Under the pieces are notes generated by a model, which saw only the letters and a program-made list of their open reading frames with translations, did not search any database and was not told the origin of the DNA. A DNA stretch of 64,000 nt, taken from the NCBI RefSeq assembly GCF_009914755.1, contig NC_060929.1, one strand, 5' to 3'. The DNA is from the human T2T-CHM13v2.0 reference genome, Homo sapiens. The position numbers were made by a program, and so were the translations under genes. The first letter of the stretch is position 1, and each line of letters begins with the position of its first letter. Shown in pieces: positions 62,627 through 64,000 of the stretch.

Positions 62627-62812
62627 AATGAGTTTCTTTTAAGTCAAGAAACATAAGGAAAGAAGAAATGAACAAATGTAAACCTTTAAGAATAAGACAG
62701 AAGTTGAAAAGGTCTACATAAAAGGGTCTTGATGTTACTATTTTATCGAGCGACCTGATTTGCAAGGGTTAAGTCAGGTGGTAACACTATCTTTTCTCTT
62801 ATTGTCCTTTAA

Positions 62813-63228
<416 letters not shown>

Positions 63229-63506
63229 CTTTATTTTACCAATTGAGTAGTCCCTACAAATGTAATATTTAATCTCAAAGGCATGCAATTTAAAATAGTG
63301 TCTACTCTCCCAGTTCAGGCTTACCTTAGGTATACATGCATGGATTGATTTTTCTGTCTCCTTTGTTCACCTCTTTCTCTACTCCTTTTTTATTTTTTAC
63401 TCCTCCAGGATCTAGGTAGGTAGAAAGTAGAATAAGGGGGAAATTGCCCAGCCTATGTAGCTGGCATAATCTCATCTGTTGTTCTTGAGATAGAGGTACA
63501 ATTTGA

Positions 63507-63905
<399 letters not shown>

Positions 63906-64000
63906 TTGGCTGCTCTCAATTTTATCCTCATCTCTTGTCTTCTGGTTGTGCGGGTCACTTCACGCTTCTGTGCAGTTCTTAAGATGATCCTGGGATAACA

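Noticed and set aside
63340-63421. Plus-strand strong polypyrimidine acceptor followed 7 nt later by GTAGG (micro-exon)
   Set aside because: No partner exons or supporting gene structure; pyrimidine tracts of this kind arise often by chance

Overview
Repeat-dense non-coding genomic DNA from a catarrhine primate, most likely human or a great ape. The evidence is about 41 Alu copies (roughly a fifth of the window), HERV-H/LTR7, an ERV9 LTR12 solo LTR, L1PA/L1M, MaLR, Tigger, Charlie, MIR and L2. I found no intact protein-coding gene; the longer ORFs in the track come from Alu, L1, LTR, Tigger1 or simple repeats. Main elements: (1) the 5' half of a minus-strand HERV-H provirus (LTR7, tRNA-His PBS, major splice donor, decayed gag/pro/pol) inserted into the 3' end of an Alu; (2) a full-length Tigger1 carrying three Alus; (3) a ~3 kb Charlie7-like hAT fossil that the ORF track misses; (4) a complete minus-strand LTR12C-like solo LTR with TSD; (5) a two-LTR MLT1F element. 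Beyond repeat annotation, the most interesting signals are canonical minus-strand splice sites in unique sequence (a 99-nt candidate exon with a perfect Kozak ATG, and a strong acceptor just downstream of LTR12), repeat-free islands with enhancer-like motif clusters, and several templated duplication or inversion scars. These are hypotheses from sequence alone, and I see no firm evidence of a new biological system. Repeat subfamily names come from recalled consensus features, and boundaries of old repeats are approximate.
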